This document shows positions 42,589 through 52,341 of a stretch of 53,175 nt of DNA, one piece after another (within the stretch, counting starts at the first letter, position 1; each line of letters opens with the position of its first letter). Both the position numbers and the translations under genes were made by a program. The DNA lies in IMG/VR virus record IMGVR_UViG_3300025652_000006, positions 1 through 53,175 of that record; one strand, written 5' to 3'. The stretch is from a virus. Lineage: Duplodnaviria > Caudoviricetes. The notes under the pieces were generated by a model, which did not search any database, was not told where the DNA came from, and saw only the letters and a list, made by a program, of their open reading frames with translations.

Positions 42589-43259
42589 GTATCACAGATT
42601 CACTGGTGGAGACACTAGACGCGTTTATCCAACGCAGGCTAGCACAGATCAATGTGTCAATTCCAGGCCGTGTGCAGTCTTACGATGCTTCCCAGCAGTC
42701 CGCTACCGTACAGCCACTCATCCAAGAGGCGTACACAAAAGAGGACGGCACCCGAGGTGTTAGAGACCTCCCAATAATTCAGGCCGTACCGGTCGCCTTC
42801 CCAGGCGCGGGATCATACGGTTTCACTTTTCCCTTGACAAAGGGTGACACTGTCATGTTGCTTTTTTCTCAAGCAAGCATTGACAAGTGGCGTAAGCAGG
42901 GCGGCAAGGTCGACCCTGTGAGAGATCGCAGGCACGATCTGAGTGATGCGATCGCTATCCCTGGACTGCGTAGCTTTAGCGAGGCTACAGATCAGGTGGC
43001 CGATGCCGCTGTACTGTACGGGCTAGAAGTGCGCCTAGGCAGCAAAGACGCCAGTGAGTCTATCCTTCTAGGTGACTCTTATGTGGCTGCGGAGCGCGCA
43101 TGGCTGGATCTGCAACAGGCGTTTAACGCTGCAGTAGCTGTGGCCCTTAGTGGCCTGGGCGCCCCTGTTGCGTCACAGGCAGCAGCGGTGGCAACAGGCA
43201 CGGCCACGTTTAAAAACGCAGGTACGTCAGCAAAAAGCGCGAAGGTAAAGGCCGAATAA
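42585..43259 (+). CDS. Baseplate spike (Gp138-like)
   Basis: PGRVQSYD, VPVAFP, GDTVMLLF and RRHDLSDAIAIPG. Confidence 0.88.
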   Translation: MSITDSLVETLDAFIQRRLAQINVSIPGRVQSYDASQQSATVQPLIQEAYTKEDGTRGVRDLPIIQAVPVAFPGAGSYGFTFPLTKGDTVMLLFSQASIDKWRKQGGKVDPVRDRRHDLSDAIAIPGLRSFSEATDQVADAAVLYGLEVRLGSKDASESILLGDSYVAAERAWLDLQQAFNAAVAVALSGLGAPVASQAAAVATGTATFKNAGTSAKSAKVKAE

Positions 43260-43630
43260 TGGCAGACCCGAACGCCGCACTCACGTTCAAGCTAGACGCA
43301 TCGGGCGATCTGGATTTCACCGCTACCGGTATGTCCACGCTGTCCGGCCTAGATGCCGTTGTGCAGAATATCAAGACAGCATGCGCACTATTTAAGGGCG
43401 AATGGTTTTGGGATCTTGATGCCGGCGTCCCGTACTTTGAAGACATTCTGGGCCAGACGTACGACCAACAAACCATTATCACGGCATTCCGTAGGCAGAT
43501 CCTAAAGGTGCCGTACGTGCTTAAAGTGCTTGACATTGAGTCAGCCTTTGATGCGGCCACACGCACGCTGACAGTGACTTTCGAGGTCTCAACAGAATTC
43601 GGTGATGCACAAGACGAGGTAACAATATGA
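43259..43630 (+). CDS. Baseplate wedge protein (gp25/W-like)
   Basis: FKGEWFWDLDAGVPY. Confidence 0.82.
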   Translation: MADPNAALTFKLDASGDLDFTATGMSTLSGLDAVVQNIKTACALFKGEWFWDLDAGVPYFEDILGQTYDQQTIITAFRRQILKVPYVLKVLDIESAFDAATRTLTVTFEVSTEFGDAQDEVTI

Positions 43631-44973
43631 CAACGTACGGTTTACTCTCCACAGGCTTTGTGCCTAAGACGGCTACGATTATCCGGGCCGAGATCAACGC
43701 ATTATTTCACGCCAAGTACGGCAGCAGTTTTGACATGAGCGACTTACAGCCTCAGGGCTGGATCGTTGGTGTTATGTCTGAGCGTGAGGCGCTCCTATGG
43801 GAGCTGCTAGACGCTATCGTATCTAGTCGTGATCCTGATGCCGCCTTTGGTACCTACTTTGACACGATCCTGGCACTCAGTGGCGCACTTCGTACCGCTG
43901 CGAAATCGTCGACTGTCACGCTGACGCTTACAGGCACTGCAGCCACGTCGGTACCTGCGCTGTCTCAGGTCAGTAACCAGGTAACGTCCGAGCGTTTTGA
44001 CACCTCTGCTATTGCCGTACTTGTGGCCACAGCCACATGGGGTGGTAGCACAGCATACGTACTGAACGATCGCGTAACCAATGGCGGCAACGTATACCTT
44101 TGCATTACGGCGGGCACCTCTGCGGCAAGTGGGGGGCCGACCACAGAGCTAGCCTCTATCTCAGACGGCACGGTGGACTGGCGGTTTCTAGGCAACGGCA
44201 CTGCAGATGTAGACGTAGCGGCCACAAGTACAAACACCGGTGAGGTCATCGGCGCAAGCGGAGACCTAAACGTCATTGAGACACCGCTATCCGGTTGGGA
44301 CAGCGTGATCAACATTCTTGACGCCACGCTCGGTGCCGCTGTAGAGCTTGATGCTGCGGCCAGACTTAGACGAGAGTCCATCCTCGCCACAGGCGGCACC
44401 ACTCCAGTGGATGCCCTCAGGGCAGACCTGCTTACGGTTACAGGTGTAACTAGCGTTCGCATCTTTGAGAATAATACCGATACCGTCGACGCCGATGGTG
44501 TTCCAGCGCATAGCATCGAAGCGCTGATCCAAGGCGGTGCAGATCAAGACATCTGGGATAAGCTCTTAGCCTCTGGCCCTGCAGGATACAACACCTACGG
44601 CACCGAGTCAGGCACGGCGGCAGACGCGCTCCTTAATGACCACACGATGGCGTTTAGTCGCCCGACAGTGATTCCTATCTACGTGTCGGTGACTCTAGAG
44701 TATGACGCCGCGTTGTACCCTTCGGACGGGGACGATCAGGTTGCAGCGCAGATCGTCGTATTCGGCGACGCGCAAGCCTCAGGCAAAAACGTTGTCAGCT
44801 CTGCAATGAAAGCACAGGCGCACGCCATTACCGGCGTACTTGAAGCGAGTGTTGCCAATATCGGACTATCGGCATCACCGACGCTTGAGACCACACTACA
44901 GATCGGTACGCGAGAACTGGCCACATTTGACACATCACGGATCGTGATCACAAGCGCAGCAGGCACACCTTGA
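43627..44973 (+). CDS. Baseplate J-like protein with an inserted CBM-like module
   Basis: ELDAAARLRR, FENNTD, PAHSIEALIQGG and FSRP. Confidence 0.9.
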   Translation: MTTYGLLSTGFVPKTATIIRAEINALFHAKYGSSFDMSDLQPQGWIVGVMSEREALLWELLDAIVSSRDPDAAFGTYFDTILALSGALRTAAKSSTVTLTLTGTAATSVPALSQVSNQVTSERFDTSAIAVLVATATWGGSTAYVLNDRVTNGGNVYLCITAGTSAASGGPTTELASISDGTVDWRFLGNGTADVDVAATSTNTGEVIGASGDLNVIETPLSGWDSVINILDATLGAAVELDAAARLRRESILATGGTTPVDALRADLLTVTGVTSVRIFENNTDTVDADGVPAHSIEALIQGGADQDIWDKLLASGPAGYNTYGTESGTAADALLNDHTMAFSRPTVIPIYVSVTLEYDAALYPSDGDDQVAAQIVVFGDAQASGKNVVSSAMKAQAHAITGVLEASVANIGLSASPTLETTLQIGTRELATFDTSRIVITSAAGTP

Positions 44974-45791
44974 GCTTAGCTAAGATCACAGACCACGCTA
45001 TACAGGCGCTAGCCCGCATGCCCTACCAGACAAAGGGTAGGGAGAATATGGAGTTTCTGATCTCCACGCTTTGCGGGCCGATGCAGGATCTAGAGGATGC
45101 GGCATATGACGTACTGCTAGGTTATCTGATCGATAACTCAGTAGGTGCGCAACTAACGACGCTAGGCGGCCTCGTAAAACAGCCACGTAATGGCGTGACA
45201 GATGACGATCTATACCGTCGATATGTTCGAGCCAAGGCAGCCGTGCTAAACAGTAGCGGCACATACCCGGACATCATCGCCGTGTGTTTGCTTGTGCTAG
45301 GCGACAGCGATGTCACGATCACCCTACAGAACAGCACAGCGGCCACTGTACTTGTAGACCTTGGATCGGTAACAGGGGTCACTGCTGCAGTGGCAGACAT
45401 CTTGATCGGGTACTTGCGCAAGACAGTTGTTGCCACGGTTCGGCTACTGCTCACCTACAGTCTTGGTCCTGATGACGAGTCCCTACAGGTCGGCACCGTG
45501 GCTAACATTTCAGTTAGTGGACCTGCTGTAAAGCCTATCGGCACTACTACATTTCAAATGGTGAGCACCTTCGGACTGTACCCAAGCGGATCGATCCTTA
45601 TCGATCCTGGCCTGGCGAGTCAAGAGGTGTGTACGTACACCAGTATTGATGCGACAAACATCTACGGGATCAGCCCAACCACTGCCGCGCACGCGTGGCT
45701 ATCGGAAATCCTGCAATATGACGAAGATACAGGCATGGGAGACACTGCTGACGCGTTAGTCGGCGGGGGCTACGCAAGTGTGCTAGAATAG
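44970..45791 (+). CDS. Baseplate wedge protein (DUF2612 / gpI-like)
   Basis: VGAQLTTLGGLV and DDDLYRRYVRAK. Confidence 0.8.
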   Translation: MSLAKITDHAIQALARMPYQTKGRENMEFLISTLCGPMQDLEDAAYDVLLGYLIDNSVGAQLTTLGGLVKQPRNGVTDDDLYRRYVRAKAAVLNSSGTYPDIIAVCLLVLGDSDVTITLQNSTAATVLVDLGSVTGVTAAVADILIGYLRKTVVATVRLLLTYSLGPDDESLQVGTVANISVSGPAVKPIGTTTFQMVSTFGLYPSGSILIDPGLASQEVCTYTSIDATNIYGISPTTAAHAWLSEILQYDEDTGMGDTADALVGGGYASVLE

Positions 45792-45797
45792 GACTTT

Positions 45798-46829
45798 ATG
45801 AGCGATAAACCTACTGTACTGCCCGCATGGGCCACGACTGGCACGGCCACAGAGCCAAGCGCAGGATCTAAGCTCATCGGGTTTATCCCCGGCGCCAAGT
45901 GGGCAGCACAGCATGCCAACTGGCTTTTACTAAATATCTACCTTTGGCTGCTCTGGATCTCCAACGGCGTGTTGCAACGATCGGCCGCTGCCGACAATAG
46001 CCCGGTGTGGTCGTCTGCAGATCGTGACGGAAATCAACGGCATTATGTAGACCCTAACGGGTACTTTGGTGGCCCGGCTATTCAGGAGCTACACCGATGG
46101 GGGCCGGTCTCCACAGGTGTAAATATCACTACAGGCAACCCATGCAGCCGCCTAGGCGCTACGGTCTTTGCAGACACTAACTGCACTGTGCAGGTGCTGT
46201 CGGGGACCTCAGCAGCGGTAGAGGGCGGGGGGCCACAGCTAACCCTTAACGTAGCAACTGGCGCATCTGGCGATCGTGCACTTGTAGTCTCAGAATACGG
46301 CGGAGGCACACCCTCGTCAGACCAGCCGATCACAGATCTAGACGATAACATAGTGGTTATGGAGTGGTCAGCCTACATCAGTAGCACGACACTTACAGGC
46401 ATGGAGTACGCCTCGGGTCTGCACAACTTTGCGGCACACTCCCACGCCGGGCTAGGTGCCGGCACTAACCGCTTTGTACAGTTTTACGCTGCTGCAGGTA
46501 ACGCCAACTGGCTGTGTAGATGCGCAAAAGGTGGGGCCATTACTTCTGATGATTCAGGTGTAGCGGTGACTACAGGCTTTAAACGATTCAGGCTTGAGCT
46601 GCACGGTGCCAATACGGCGCTAGGGGCAAGTGTCGCGCGCTTTTTCATCGATGGCGCGTTAGTGTCTGAGATGTCATCGGACGACTCAGATCAAGTACCC
46701 TCAGGCGGGTCGGCTTTGGGTATGATGCACTGGGCGGGCGGCACGTCTCCAGCATCCAACCGCGCATACTCCATTACCTCATGTCTACTTGCTTGGACAG
46801 AATCAAGGCTTACAGATGTCCCAGTCTAA
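45798..46829 (+). CDS. Tail fibre / receptor-binding protein
   Basis: N-terminal anchor (LPAWA...GFIPG...ANWLL) and a lectin-like C-terminus. Confidence 0.75.
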   Translation: MSDKPTVLPAWATTGTATEPSAGSKLIGFIPGAKWAAQHANWLLLNIYLWLLWISNGVLQRSAAADNSPVWSSADRDGNQRHYVDPNGYFGGPAIQELHRWGPVSTGVNITTGNPCSRLGATVFADTNCTVQVLSGTSAAVEGGGPQLTLNVATGASGDRALVVSEYGGGTPSSDQPITDLDDNIVVMEWSAYISSTTLTGMEYASGLHNFAAHSHAGLGAGTNRFVQFYAAAGNANWLCRCAKGGAITSDDSGVAVTTGFKRFRLELHGANTALGASVARFFIDGALVSEMSSDDSDQVPSGGSALGMMHWAGGTSPASNRAYSITSCLLAWTESRLTDVPV

Positions 46830-46986
46830 GAAAACCCCTGAAGAGCGTAGTGCAGCTATGAAGCTGAGACTTGCCGGCATCTTTGCCGGTGTGGTCCTGG
46901 CTATCGTGTGCCACTACGTGCCAGCACAGTACCAGACTGCATGTCATGCGGTCTCAAAAATTGCAGCCGTGAGCTGCGGAGGATAG
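46816..46986 (+). CDS. Small membrane protein (holin/antiholin candidate)
   Basis: 56 aa with a single transmembrane segment. Confidence 0.5.
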   Translation: MSQSKKTPEERSAAMKLRLAGIFAGVVLAIVCHYVPAQYQTACHAVSKIAAVSCGG

Positions 46987-46992
46987 AGAACC

Positions 46993-47553
46993 ATGTTGAG
47001 ATTTTACGCTACCGCTACCGTTTACGCCTTTCTTTCTTTCTTTGTAGCAACGCTAGCCGTTGCACAGGGGGACGAGCTAGCAGAGCTTGCCAAGCCGCTG
47101 TATCAGGCCATTGCCGAGGGGCAATATGCTGCAGCCGCTGCGCTTGGCCTTGTGCTGCTGGTCGCTCTTGTACGTCGATACGGAGGCGCACGCTACCCAA
47201 TTCTTAGTCACAAGCTAGTTGCGCCTTTGCTCGTGTTGCTTGCTTCGTTCGGTGCTGCCGTTGCATCTGCAACGCTGGCAGGCGCTAGCTTATCTGTAGG
47301 CATGGCATACGCTGCGCTTAAAGTGGCTGTACTTGCATCCGGTGGGTACGCTTTGACCAAGCCGTACCTTGCTAAACTTGGCGAATGGGTGCCTTCATGG
47401 GCAAAGCCTTTTGTTGCCATTCTGTCTGCCATCGTGTCTGCCAAGAGCGGGGCCAAGGCTGCCGCTATCAAAAAGGCCGAGAAGGCCGGAGACAAGGCGA
47501 TAGAGGATAGTCCTGCTAAAGGCATTGACATTGACTTCACCGATATCAAATAA
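46993..47553 (+). CDS. Multi-pass membrane protein, holin-like
   Basis: Several hydrophobic helices and a charged C-terminus; follows the tail genes. Confidence 0.6.
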   Translation: MLRFYATATVYAFLSFFVATLAVAQGDELAELAKPLYQAIAEGQYAAAAALGLVLLVALVRRYGGARYPILSHKLVAPLLVLLASFGAAVASATLAGASLSVGMAYAALKVAVLASGGYALTKPYLAKLGEWVPSWAKPFVAILSAIVSAKSGAKAAAIKKAEKAGDKAIEDSPAKGIDIDFTDIK

Positions 47554-47678
47554 ACCACAGGACGAGGAGATAGAGTATACAGAGGAGCAGCTTCGCAAGG
47601 TGCATGTGGTGCAGCTGTTGAAGCATCCTGTGGCCCTGCCTCATGCCTGGAAATGCAGGCTTATTGACGAGTTGGCAA

Positions 47679-48023
47679 ATGGTAAGAAACAAGACTAGAT
47701 TTTTGCTGTCAGCACTGGTGGTGCTACTGGTTCTCTCCCTCGCCCCCGGCGTGGCTGGTGCTGACAGCGCTTTACGTTTTAAGACTCCTGCAGTGTGTAA
47801 GACCGAGGGCGGATCGATAGTCAATATCGATCCGGGTCGCTACCTACCTGAGCCTGTGTGGATCGATCTTGATCTGGACTACAAGACGCAGGAAGATAAG
47901 ATCACGCGCCTTGAGGCTGAGAATAAGTCTTTGCGTCAGAGCGACTCTGGTGTAGGCTGGGTGTGGACCCTTACCGGCATTGTAGCGGGTGGTCTAGTAA
48001 CAAAATATCTCACGGGGGACTGA
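47679..48023 (+). CDS. Exported protein with coiled coil and C-terminal membrane anchor (spanin-like candidate)
   Basis: Signal peptide, ITRLEAENKSLR and a C-terminal hydrophobic segment. Confidence 0.5.
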   Translation: MVRNKTRFLLSALVVLLVLSLAPGVAGADSALRFKTPAVCKTEGGSIVNIDPGRYLPEPVWIDLDLDYKTQEDKITRLEAENKSLRQSDSGVGWVWTLTGIVAGGLVTKYLTGD

Positions 48024-49168
48024 TGAAGAAATGCACCAAGTGCAAGCAAAAGAAACCGGCCGCAGAATACAATAAAGGAAAGTCTCAGTGTAAGGCATGC
48101 CGCGAGGCAGTAAAGGCCGCATGGAGACTGAAGAAACGACAAGAGGCCAAAGGAGATATCTCGGCACACGAGTACGGCACATCAAAGCTGCCCGAAGGCT
48201 ACGGCATTGAGCGTGTGACGCAGCATGTCGACTCAGCAGGCAATCTTAAACAGCAATGGATCAAGAGTGTTGCCGATAAGAAAGAACGCTTAGAGGAGCT
48301 GATAGCGGCACTTACTGAAACGTTCGAGCCGTTCCGAGCACACGCCCTTAAGATCAAAAAGCCAAAGGGTGCCAGAGAATCGGACCTAATGAATCTGATC
48401 CCGATCGGCGATGCCCACATTGGGCTACTGGCATGGTGGGAGGAGTCCGGCGAAAGCTTCGATCTACAGATCGTTGAGGCGATCATGCAGCAGGCGTTTG
48501 ATAAATGTCTGGCCGTCGCACCAAAGGCCGAGACGCTCACGATCTTCTCCGTGGGTGATTATTTCCACACTGATGGATCTAAGAACGCCACGTCTAAGGG
48601 AACGCCTGTAGATGTTGATGGCCGCTGGCCACAGGTGCTGCGCGTTGGTTTGCGTATCCTTCGGTATGCCATCGAGCGCGGGCTAGAGACACATCCAAAG
48701 GTACATGTCAAGTGCGCACGTGGTAACCACGACAGCGAGCAAACGACCACACTAGTAGTGGCGCTGTCGATGCTTTTCGAAGGAAACCCACGGGTGACTT
48801 TTGATGAGGCGCCGACTAAGCACCACTATCTACGCTTTGGCAAATGTCTCATTGGACTTACGCACGCCGACACTGGTAAGCTGTCTGAGCTGCCAATGGT
48901 GATGGCGGTCGACCGTCAACAGGATTGGGGTGAGACGCTGCACCGTAAATGGTATTGCGGACACTTTCACCATGACAAAAAGATTGATCACACCATCGGC
49001 GAAAAACACGGGTGCACCATCGAGATCGTACGCACGCTAGCGGCTACAGATGCCTGGCACAAAGGGCAAGGCTACCGCAGCGGACGCGACATGAAAATTG
49101 ACACGTGGCACAAAGAGCACGGCCACCAGCATAGGAGCATCGTAGGCATTACGATGCTAGAAGGGTAG
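48023..49168 (+). CDS. Calcineurin-like metallophosphoesterase with an N-terminal zinc ribbon
   Basis: GDAHIG, GDYFH, GNHD, THAD and GHFHH; CTKC...CKAC at the N-terminus. Confidence 0.88.
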   Translation: MKKCTKCKQKKPAAEYNKGKSQCKACREAVKAAWRLKKRQEAKGDISAHEYGTSKLPEGYGIERVTQHVDSAGNLKQQWIKSVADKKERLEELIAALTETFEPFRAHALKIKKPKGARESDLMNLIPIGDAHIGLLAWWEESGESFDLQIVEAIMQQAFDKCLAVAPKAETLTIFSVGDYFHTDGSKNATSKGTPVDVDGRWPQVLRVGLRILRYAIERGLETHPKVHVKCARGNHDSEQTTTLVVALSMLFEGNPRVTFDEAPTKHHYLRFGKCLIGLTHADTGKLSELPMVMAVDRQQDWGETLHRKWYCGHFHHDKKIDHTIGEKHGCTIEIVRTLAATDAWHKGQGYRSGRDMKIDTWHKEHGHQHRSIVGITMLEG

Positions 49169-49171
49169 AGA

Positions 49172-49489
49172 ATGATAAGGATTAAAATTGATCTAATAAG
49201 CGCCAGAGGGCCAGAACATAGTAAAAACATAGGCTGTATGTACCTGGCAAACAAAGGCTCAAGCGATGACGGGAAGCGGGGGGACTACGTTGTGGCAGTA
49301 TGTAAGAGGGGATCGGAGTTGCCTCCCATTGAACTGTACGCAGGCACCGAGGTAGCGTCCAGAGACTGCGTGAAAGCACTTAAAAAGGCTACGAGAGTGG
49401 GTGAGGTTCTAAACTACCCTCGTCTCTCATACAACGTTTGGCGGCTGGTCAGTCGTGCGCTGCGTTCTGCATTTCCTGAGGAGGGGTAG
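49172..49489 (+). CDS. Hypothetical protein
   Basis: 105-aa ORF with a YPRLSYNVWRLV segment. Confidence 0.72.
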   Translation: MIRIKIDLISARGPEHSKNIGCMYLANKGSSDDGKRGDYVVAVCKRGSELPPIELYAGTEVASRDCVKALKKATRVGEVLNYPRLSYNVWRLVSRALRSAFPEEG

Positions 49490-49492
49490 AGA

Positions 49493-49966
49493 ATGAGAGA
49501 ACCAGTAGACCACTACATGCGAGGTGGTCTAGAGTGCATCGACGCAATGCGGGCAATCTCATCGCCTGAAGAGTTCAGAGGCTACCTGCGGCTGACTGCA
49601 TTTAAGTACCTTTGGCGACTTGGAGAAAAAGACCTACCAGCCAATGAGGCAAAGAAGTGCGGGGACTATGTTCGCTGGCTGCAGGATGAGCTGATGCTAT
49701 CTGAGGCACAGGAGGAGCTTACTCAGGAGGCAGAGTCTCTAGGGCTGTACGGTGAGCGCGCCGAGACCGTCAAGGCGTATAGTGATGCGGTAAAGTTCAC
49801 AGAGGAGGACAAGGTAGCGGCACGCAAGGCCGAGGCACTGGCAGAGGATGCGAAGCGTACACAGCCCGTCGTACAGGTAGAGGACACACCGTACCTCTAC
49901 TGTCCCCACGGTAAAGAAATTGACGCACACTGCGGCACGTGCCTAGGTGGATGGGCCAAGGCGTGA
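49493..49966 (+). CDS. DUF3310 / T7 gp1.7-like nucleotide kinase domain protein
   Basis: HY...LECIDAM...GYLRLTAFKYLWRLGEK. Confidence 0.78.
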   Translation: MREPVDHYMRGGLECIDAMRAISSPEEFRGYLRLTAFKYLWRLGEKDLPANEAKKCGDYVRWLQDELMLSEAQEELTQEAESLGLYGERAETVKAYSDAVKFTEEDKVAARKAEALAEDAKRTQPVVQVEDTPYLYCPHGKEIDAHCGTCLGGWAKA

Positions 49967-50121
49967 AACCCTTCGTCAAAGAGATCATCAAGCATGGCAT
50001 CGGCTGCTGTGTCGAGGCGTTCGCATCTGCAGCAGGTGGTCACATTGCAGAGCGCATCTTTGCAAAGCCAGAGGACGATAAGCCTGCAGTCAAAGACGAC
50101 AGTAAGGTGACTGAAAAGTAA
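49963..50121 (+). CDS. Small hypothetical protein
   Basis: GTGA overlap; followed by a terminator. Confidence 0.45.
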   Translation: MKPFVKEIIKHGIGCCVEAFASAAGGHIAERIFAKPEDDKPAVKDDSKVTEK

Positions 50122-50147
50122 ACAGTGCGCCATGCTGTCACGGTAAC

Positions 50148-50170
50148 GCCGGCCCAAGTGGCCGGTTTTT
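50148..50170 (+). terminator. Rho-independent terminator
   Basis: GCCGGCC-CAAGT-GGCCGGT followed by a T run. Confidence 0.65.
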
Positions 50171-50211
50171 CTGTTTGTGTTTTTGGCAAGGTACGTGCAA
50201 TGATAGAGAGC

Positions 50212-50427
50212 ATGAAGCAACCCACCCTAAAGCAATTTCAAGCCATGATCACCAAAGATCTGAAGCGCCTTAAGGTAAAACGATACTCGGTGCTCGCTAG
50301 GAGTTACATCGTTCTAGTGGAGGACGTACTCTTAGACGCGCCACCGGTAGACGACCAAGAGGAGCTAAACGCACTTATCGCACGGGCGGCCAGGAAGATT
50401 ATCTACCGAGAAAACCTAACGAAGTGA
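50212..50427 (+). CDS. Hypothetical protein
   Basis: MKQPTLKQF start after the terminator. Confidence 0.5.
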   Translation: MKQPTLKQFQAMITKDLKRLKVKRYSVLARSYIVLVEDVLLDAPPVDDQEELNALIARAARKIIYRENLTK

Positions 50428-50539
50428 GAGCCCGCAAGACATTACCTGTAAGACCACTGCCCGATCGGAATGATCCGATATGGGCGCACGGCCACGAGGT
50501 TGTCAGACTTCTGGCAGCGTACTTAGACGGAGAATAGAA

Positions 50540-50737
50540 ATGTACATAGTTAAGACGACCATACTTGGCGAGACAGCCACACTGGTTTGTACAGACAGTT
50601 GGACAACCGCTAGCCTCGCAGCTTTAGAGGCCGCATCTCGTTTTGAGCTTGTCACTATCAGGAATAACTACAGTGACATGACGTTCTTCGTGAACAACGG
50701 CCCTGACGGGTTTCACATACAGCGGTGGGGCGCATGA
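50540..50737 (+). CDS. Hypothetical protein
   Basis: GGAG ribosome-binding site, MYIVKTT start. Confidence 0.55.
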   Translation: MYIVKTTILGETATLVCTDSWTTASLAALEAASRFELVTIRNNYSDMTFFVNNGPDGFHIQRWGA

Positions 50738-50952
50738 AAGCGCGAGACTTCAAACGCACCACACTGCAGGACCTTCTAACGCCTTTGCCGGAGTTCTGGG
50801 AGTACCTAACAGCCGAGCAAAGGCACAGCCTGAGGGTAGGACGGATCCATCACCTGGGGCTTTCGTACTACACGATTCCCGCACCGCCTTTGACCTTCAC
50901 AATTGGGGACTTTTGGCCAGGACGTAAAAAAGCCCCACCCGTAAACAGGTGA
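50734..50952 (+). CDS. Hypothetical protein
   Basis: ATGA overlap. Confidence 0.5.
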   Translation: MKARDFKRTTLQDLLTPLPEFWEYLTAEQRHSLRVGRIHHLGLSYYTIPAPPLTFTIGDFWPGRKKAPPVNR

Positions 50953-51014
50953 GGCACGGTAGGGGCTGTACGCTGGGCGTCAAGAGAGTCCTACCGGAGG
51001 ATACGTACAGGGTA

Positions 51015-51539
51015 TCACATCGGCCGGCGCTTGCGCTCAAATCTGCCCAGGTGCTTCAGGCCGATGCCAATGGCGTCGATCGTATCGTGGTACTTGACAC
51101 CCTCCCATATGATCAGTTCAGCTGCCGATAGGCGGCTTTTGGTCTTGATGGCCCTGGGGCTCTTCTTAGCTCCCTTAACGGTCTCGTCCTTTGGCACCTG
51201 CCCAGCCCACTCGCCCGGCAAAAGAGCGTGGCACGCGTCAGGACACAGCCCTAGGGACAGCGCCACACCTGCGGCTACGCCGGCCAGAGGTAGCATGTGC
51301 TTTGGACTGCCCTTTGCCTTTGCGGCTTTTCGAATCTCCGGCCACTCAACCACGATCTCTGTGACCGTGTAGTCCTGCAGCCAGAAAAACACCCTTCGGG
51401 ACATGTCAACAGACTGGCGCATAGGACACTTGTACTTCCCCCCCTTTGGCACGTCGACATGATCGGCCACGACGAGTACACCGTCTAAAAAGACGGCCAC
51501 GCCGCAACGGTTAGAGCTTGGATCTAGCGCGAGTAGCAT
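51015..51539 (-). CDS. RuvC-like Holliday junction resolvase
   Basis: LLALDPS, IVVEWP and HDTIDAIGIG, the RNase H-fold acidic tetrad. Confidence 0.82.
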   Translation of the reverse strand: MLLALDPSSNRCGVAVFLDGVLVVADHVDVPKGGKYKCPMRQSVDMSRRVFFWLQDYTVTEIVVEWPEIRKAAKAKGSPKHMLPLAGVAAGVALSLGLCPDACHALLPGEWAGQVPKDETVKGAKKSPRAIKTKSRLSAAELIIWEGVKYHDTIDAIGIGLKHLGRFERKRRPM

Positions 51540-52126
51540 AGTGCCCCCGTGGCCTCAAAGGCCTTATCGAAACGTGTGTGTGTGTTGGCATTCTTAGACA
51601 TGCAGATAAACGCGCTATCACACGGCGTGCCGGCTACTGGTTTGAGCGTTTCAGAGTCCAGGTACGCGATGCGCTTTGGTGGTATCGCGATCGTCAGTTG
51701 TAGCCCTGCAGGTATCTTGATATTAGACAGGTGCCTTAGCTGATTCACTGAGTACGCCAGATAGACAATCTCTGTACCGATAGCCGACTGTGTTACGCAC
51801 TTCTGCAGGATCCGCTTTGGCAGGCCACAGGTGCATTTACGTGTGCCTCCTGTCTCTGTCTTAACAGATCGGTTGCATCCGATGTATACCCCGTTTACGA
51901 TCTCACATGTGCCTGGGGGGTTTACAAATACACGGCCGTACCAGGAGCGTAGTAGCGGAAAGTCGATAGATGTCCAGAACAACACAGCCTTGACGATCGT
52001 GTTCGCCTTAGCGCTTGAGAACGGGTCAAGATCAATCTGCCCTTGGAATGTCTCCAGTACGGGCACAAGCGCCGTAGGGTTTGTGTACCACTCGCCTGTG
52101 GCCGATAGGTGCTGGGCGTTGCTCAT
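51524..52126 (-). CDS. DNA N6-adenine methyltransferase-like protein (motif IV reads NPPG)
   Basis: EWYT, IDLDPFS, W.GRVFVNPPG and RIAY. Confidence 0.75.
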   Translation of the reverse strand: MSNAQHLSATGEWYTNPTALVPVLETFQGQIDLDPFSSAKANTIVKAVLFWTSIDFPLLRSWYGRVFVNPPGTCEIVNGVYIGCNRSVKTETGGTRKCTCGLPKRILQKCVTQSAIGTEIVYLAYSVNQLRHLSNIKIPAGLQLTIAIPPKRIAYLDSETLKPVAGTPCDSAFICMSKNANTHTRFDKAFEATGALCYSR

Positions 52127-52341
52127 ATCGTCTCCAAGAATTCCATGACCTGCTGTCTTGTCTCCAGGAGGACAGGGTAGTTTAGGCCTACATAGACGGC
52201 AAACCCGGGCTGTGAGACTAGCCTAGAGGCTACCCGGGCTACCTCTTTGCCGTCCTCCTCTACGATGTAGATTATAGGACACATGGATCCTGTATCGACG
52301 AATTCCATCTTATCTGCTCTTGGTGTTTCTTTGTCTGTCAC
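52123..52341 (-). CDS. Hypothetical protein
   Basis: 4-nt overlaps with both neighbours. Confidence 0.65.
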   Translation of the reverse strand: MTDKETPRADKMEFVDTGSMCPIIYIVEEDGKEVARVASRLVSQPGFAVYVGLNYPVLLETRQQVMEFLETI

